IMG/VR virus record: IMGVR_UViG_3300045988_166055
Coordinates: 1 to 64,000 of that record
DNA length: 64,000 nucleotides
DNA from: a virus
Direction: 5' to 3' (one strand)
The notes beneath the pieces were generated by a model. It was not told the origin of the DNA. It was given only the letters and a program-made list of their open reading frames with translations, and searched no databases. The translations under genes and the position numbers were made by a program. Below, piece by piece: positions 62,117 to 64,000 of the stretch (position 1 is its first letter; each line of letters starts with the position of its first letter).

Positions 62117-63307
62117 ATGGCTCAGTACGCAATTTACGAAGAGAATTTCGATCGTCTTCAGAAGAAGATCACGACAATCGCAAACAAGTGCAAGAAGTTC
62201 GGATGTGATTTCAAGTTTGAGGTAGTCGGAAGTGAAATACGAAAGGTAACAGATGACGAAGGAAATCAGAGAAACTGCAGATTCATTCTTGTAGAAGCCG
62301 AAGGAACTGCTAAGCTCAATGATTGGGAGTTCATCGCATCTATCGAACATAAGGAAGGCGGAAACATCATCCGTACTTTCAACAAAGACGCAGAGATTCC
62401 TACTCGTTACTTCAATTCGGATCCGATTTGCGAACATTGCAACAGTAAGCGTCGTCGTAGCAAGACCTGCCTCGTTCGTAACACTGTCACAGGTGAGTGG
62501 AAGCAGGTAGGCCTTTCTTGTCTGAAGGATTTCACTTGTGGGCTCAGCGCAGAAAATGTAACAAGATACATTAGCTTCTTCGATAACTTGATCGAAGGTC
62601 AGGCTCCTTATTCCGGAAGTTGGGGCAAGCCTTATTGGTACATTTCTCAGTATCTTCCTTACGTAGCAGAATGCGTCAAGCGTTTTGGATACTTCAACAG
62701 CTACAGCAACTATCCTACTTCAACCAGAGCTTTCACCTACTTCGAGGTTGACGCATTAGATAGAAAGTTCATGGGTAGCGAATCCATCAAGCAGGAGATG
62801 ATGGATTGCGATTTTGAAGTTACCGAAGAAAGCAAGAAGCTTGCAGAAGAAACTATCAATTGGTGCAAGCACCTTTCTAACGAGACTGATCCTTACATGC
62901 ACAACCTGGAGGTTATCTTTTTCAACGATTACTTCGCAAGAAGTGAGCTCGGATTCGTTACTTCTTCAATCAAGGCCTACATGCGTCACAAAGATATCGA
63001 AGACAAGAAGCGCAAAGAGGCTGCTGAAAGAGCAAAGGCTGCTCAGAAGTCTTCTCATAAGTACAACGAAGGCGACAAGGTACAATTTGAAGTTGTCAAC
63101 TTCAAGTACATTACTTCTTTCGATAACATGTACGGAACCACTCATCTTTACAAGTTTGAAGACAAAGAAGGTAACGTCTACTCTTGGTTCGCTTCTTCTG
63201 GGTGTGATGAAGAAAAAGTAAAGTCTATCAAGGGTACAGTTAAGTCCAACGGCGAATACAACGGAGTAAAGGAAACTTGCCTTACTCGTTGTAGAGTTAG
63301 CTACTAA
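62117..63307 (+). CDS. hypothetical early protein (CEHCNSKRRR Zn-like motif, OB-like C-terminus)
   Basis: ATG lies 7 nt after GGAGGT. The track start 62030 lies in the promoter. 396 aa. Confidence 0.6.
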   Translation: MAQYAIYEENFDRLQKKITTIANKCKKFGCDFKFEVVGSEIRKVTDDEGNQRNCRFILVEAEGTAKLNDWEFIASIEHKEGGNIIRTFNKDAEIPTRYFNSDPICEHCNSKRRRSKTCLVRNTVTGEWKQVGLSCLKDFTCGLSAENVTRYISFFDNLIEGQAPYSGSWGKPYWYISQYLPYVAECVKRFGYFNSYSNYPTSTRAFTYFEVDALDRKFMGSESIKQEMMDCDFEVTEESKKLAEETINWCKHLSNETDPYMHNLEVIFFNDYFARSELGFVTSSIKAYMRHKDIEDKKRKEAAERAKAAQKSSHKYNEGDKVQFEVVNFKYITSFDNMYGTTHLYKFEDKEGNVYSWFASSGCDEEKVKSIKGTVKSNGEYNGVKETCLTRCRVSY

Positions 63308-63331
63308 GAGGTTAGAAAGGAAGGTAAAAAC

Positions 63332-63550
63332 ATGACTCGTTATCACTATATAAAGAAGATTATGTATCTCCAGTACCGGTTGCTGATGCTCCCTACTTGT
63401 ATGAACCGCCATTACTGTACTTCATATGCCAAGTGGAACTCTCGGATTCCTTATCTTCCTTTTCCAAATGGCTCTCAGACTTATCAGGAGGATTGGGACA
63501 GAACTTGTAAAGAGATCAGACGTATTAAAGGATTGAAAGATCTAAAGTAA
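63332..63550 (+). CDS. hypothetical protein
   Basis: 72-aa ORF after AAGGAAGG. Confidence 0.4.
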   Translation: MTRYHYIKKIMYLQYRLLMLPTCMNRHYCTSYAKWNSRIPYLPFPNGSQTYQEDWDRTCKEIRRIKGLKDLK

Positions 63551-63583
63551 TTAACACATCAATAGAATTCAAATTCGGAGGTA
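63548..63583 (+). repeat. 36-bp perfect direct repeat, copy 2
   Basis: Identical to 58952-58987. Confidence 0.95.
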
Positions 63584-63588
63584 ATATT

Positions 63589-64000
63589 ATGTCTAACGGA
63601 TTTTCTGTTTATCCTTGCAGATGTGGTCGTATTCATATGATTAGTTGGGGCCTTGTCGATGAGGCTTGCGAAAAGAATATGGATATCATCCATATTTGTC
63701 AGCGATGCGGAAGAATGATTAGGATTGGTGGAGATTCGTTCTATGACGAATACGAAAAAGTATACGGATACTCTGTATACTCGTATGACATGACTTTGAA
63801 TGATCATGTAGTAAACATTGATCCGTCTTCTGACTATTCCAGCGAATGCAAACCTATTCTGAAAATCATTTCCGAGCCCGGAATTTGCATACCTATGGAG
63901 ACAGGCGGATATGCAACCGAATACTTCTCCGGAATTTTTAGAGATGGAACTAGGCCTTATTTCAGTCGAAAGGATCCGAATGAAACTTACGAAGATTTCA
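63589..64000 (+). CDS. hypothetical zinc-ribbon protein, 3' end outside window (absent from the ORF track)
   Basis: ATG lies 5 nt after the repeat-borne GGAGGTA, and the frame stays open to the window end. MSNGFSVYPCRCGRIH...HICQRCGRMIRIG. Confidence 0.6.
   Translation, partial: MSNGFSVYPCRCGRIHMISWGLVDEACEKNMDIIHICQRCGRMIRIGGDSFYDEYEKVYGYSVYSYDMTLNDHVVNIDPSSDYSSECKPILKIISEPGICIPMETGGYATEYFSGIFRDGTRPYFSRKDPNETYEDF

Noticed and set aside
1-64000. tRNA, tmRNA and rRNA genes, integrase or attachment sites, and lysogeny genes.
   Set aside because: No cloverleaf-compatible GTTCGAATC-type T-arm contexts or integrase motifs were seen. The few ORF-free gaps are explained by terminators, promoters, the repeat array and the structured leader. 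tRNAscan-SE should confirm this.

Overview
The window reads as one contiguous piece of a large, low-GC, virulent myovirus-type phage genome. I saw no rRNA, tRNA, CRISPR array, integrase or transposase. Almost every gene is on the + strand; only two are on the - strand (10078-10842 and 49922-50578).

Gene blocks, in order:
- 1-4053: a 7-deazaguanine (preQ0/preQ1) biosynthesis operon (partial SDR, queF, queC, queD, queE, folE), interrupted by a GIY-YIG homing endonuclease gene and a truncated second folE 5' end.
- 4.1-10 kb: HNH endonuclease, RNase H, a GuaD-like deaminase and small genes.
- 10.9-12.3 kb: a noncoding control region with divergent consensus sigma-A-type promoters, an AT-rich array of AATATTTCA-type repeats, and a GC-rich, heavily base-paired leader RNA.
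- 12.3-31 kb: the replication and recombination module. It holds DnaB-like helicase, primase, a SpoIIID-like regulator, two sigma-like proteins, a gp32-like SSB, family-A polymerase, bacterial-type beta clamp with three clamp-loader subunits, a Cas4-like nuclease and a RecA/UvsX-like recombinase.
- 31-33 kb: a DpdA-like DNA transglycosylase candidate, a second HNH endonuclease and a DUF5664/MazG-like NTP pyrophosphohydrolase.
- 36.8-51.2 kb: packaging and morphogenesis genes (TerS-like, TerL, a LigA-like protein without KxDG, portal, gp18-like sheath, gp19-like tube). About 4 kb of small genes and one antisense gene separate sheath from tube.
- 56-64 kb: anaerobic RNR (nrdD/nrdG), then a block of small Cys-rich genes that looks more GC-rich by eye, including two Lar-like restriction-alleviation domains, one fused in frame to dUTPase.

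The anaerobic RNR, the SpoIIID-like regulator, strong AGGAGG Shine-Dalgarno sites and frequent TTG/GTG starts suggest an anaerobic Firmicute host; this is inference.

Most notable non-genic signals:
- A + strand motif (G)AATCGTTAT, often followed by N6-TGTAG, occurs at 14 or more sites just upstream of genes. It is a candidate phage-specific promoter.
- Four near-identical TATTGACTTT-N14-TATAAT early promoters.
- A nested ~230-nt RNA structure at 12010-12238.
- A preQ1-riboswitch-like pseudoknot that would occlude the queF SD.
- A 36-bp perfect direct repeat bracketing 4.6 kb.

All family assignments come from motif recognition by eye. No database search was run.
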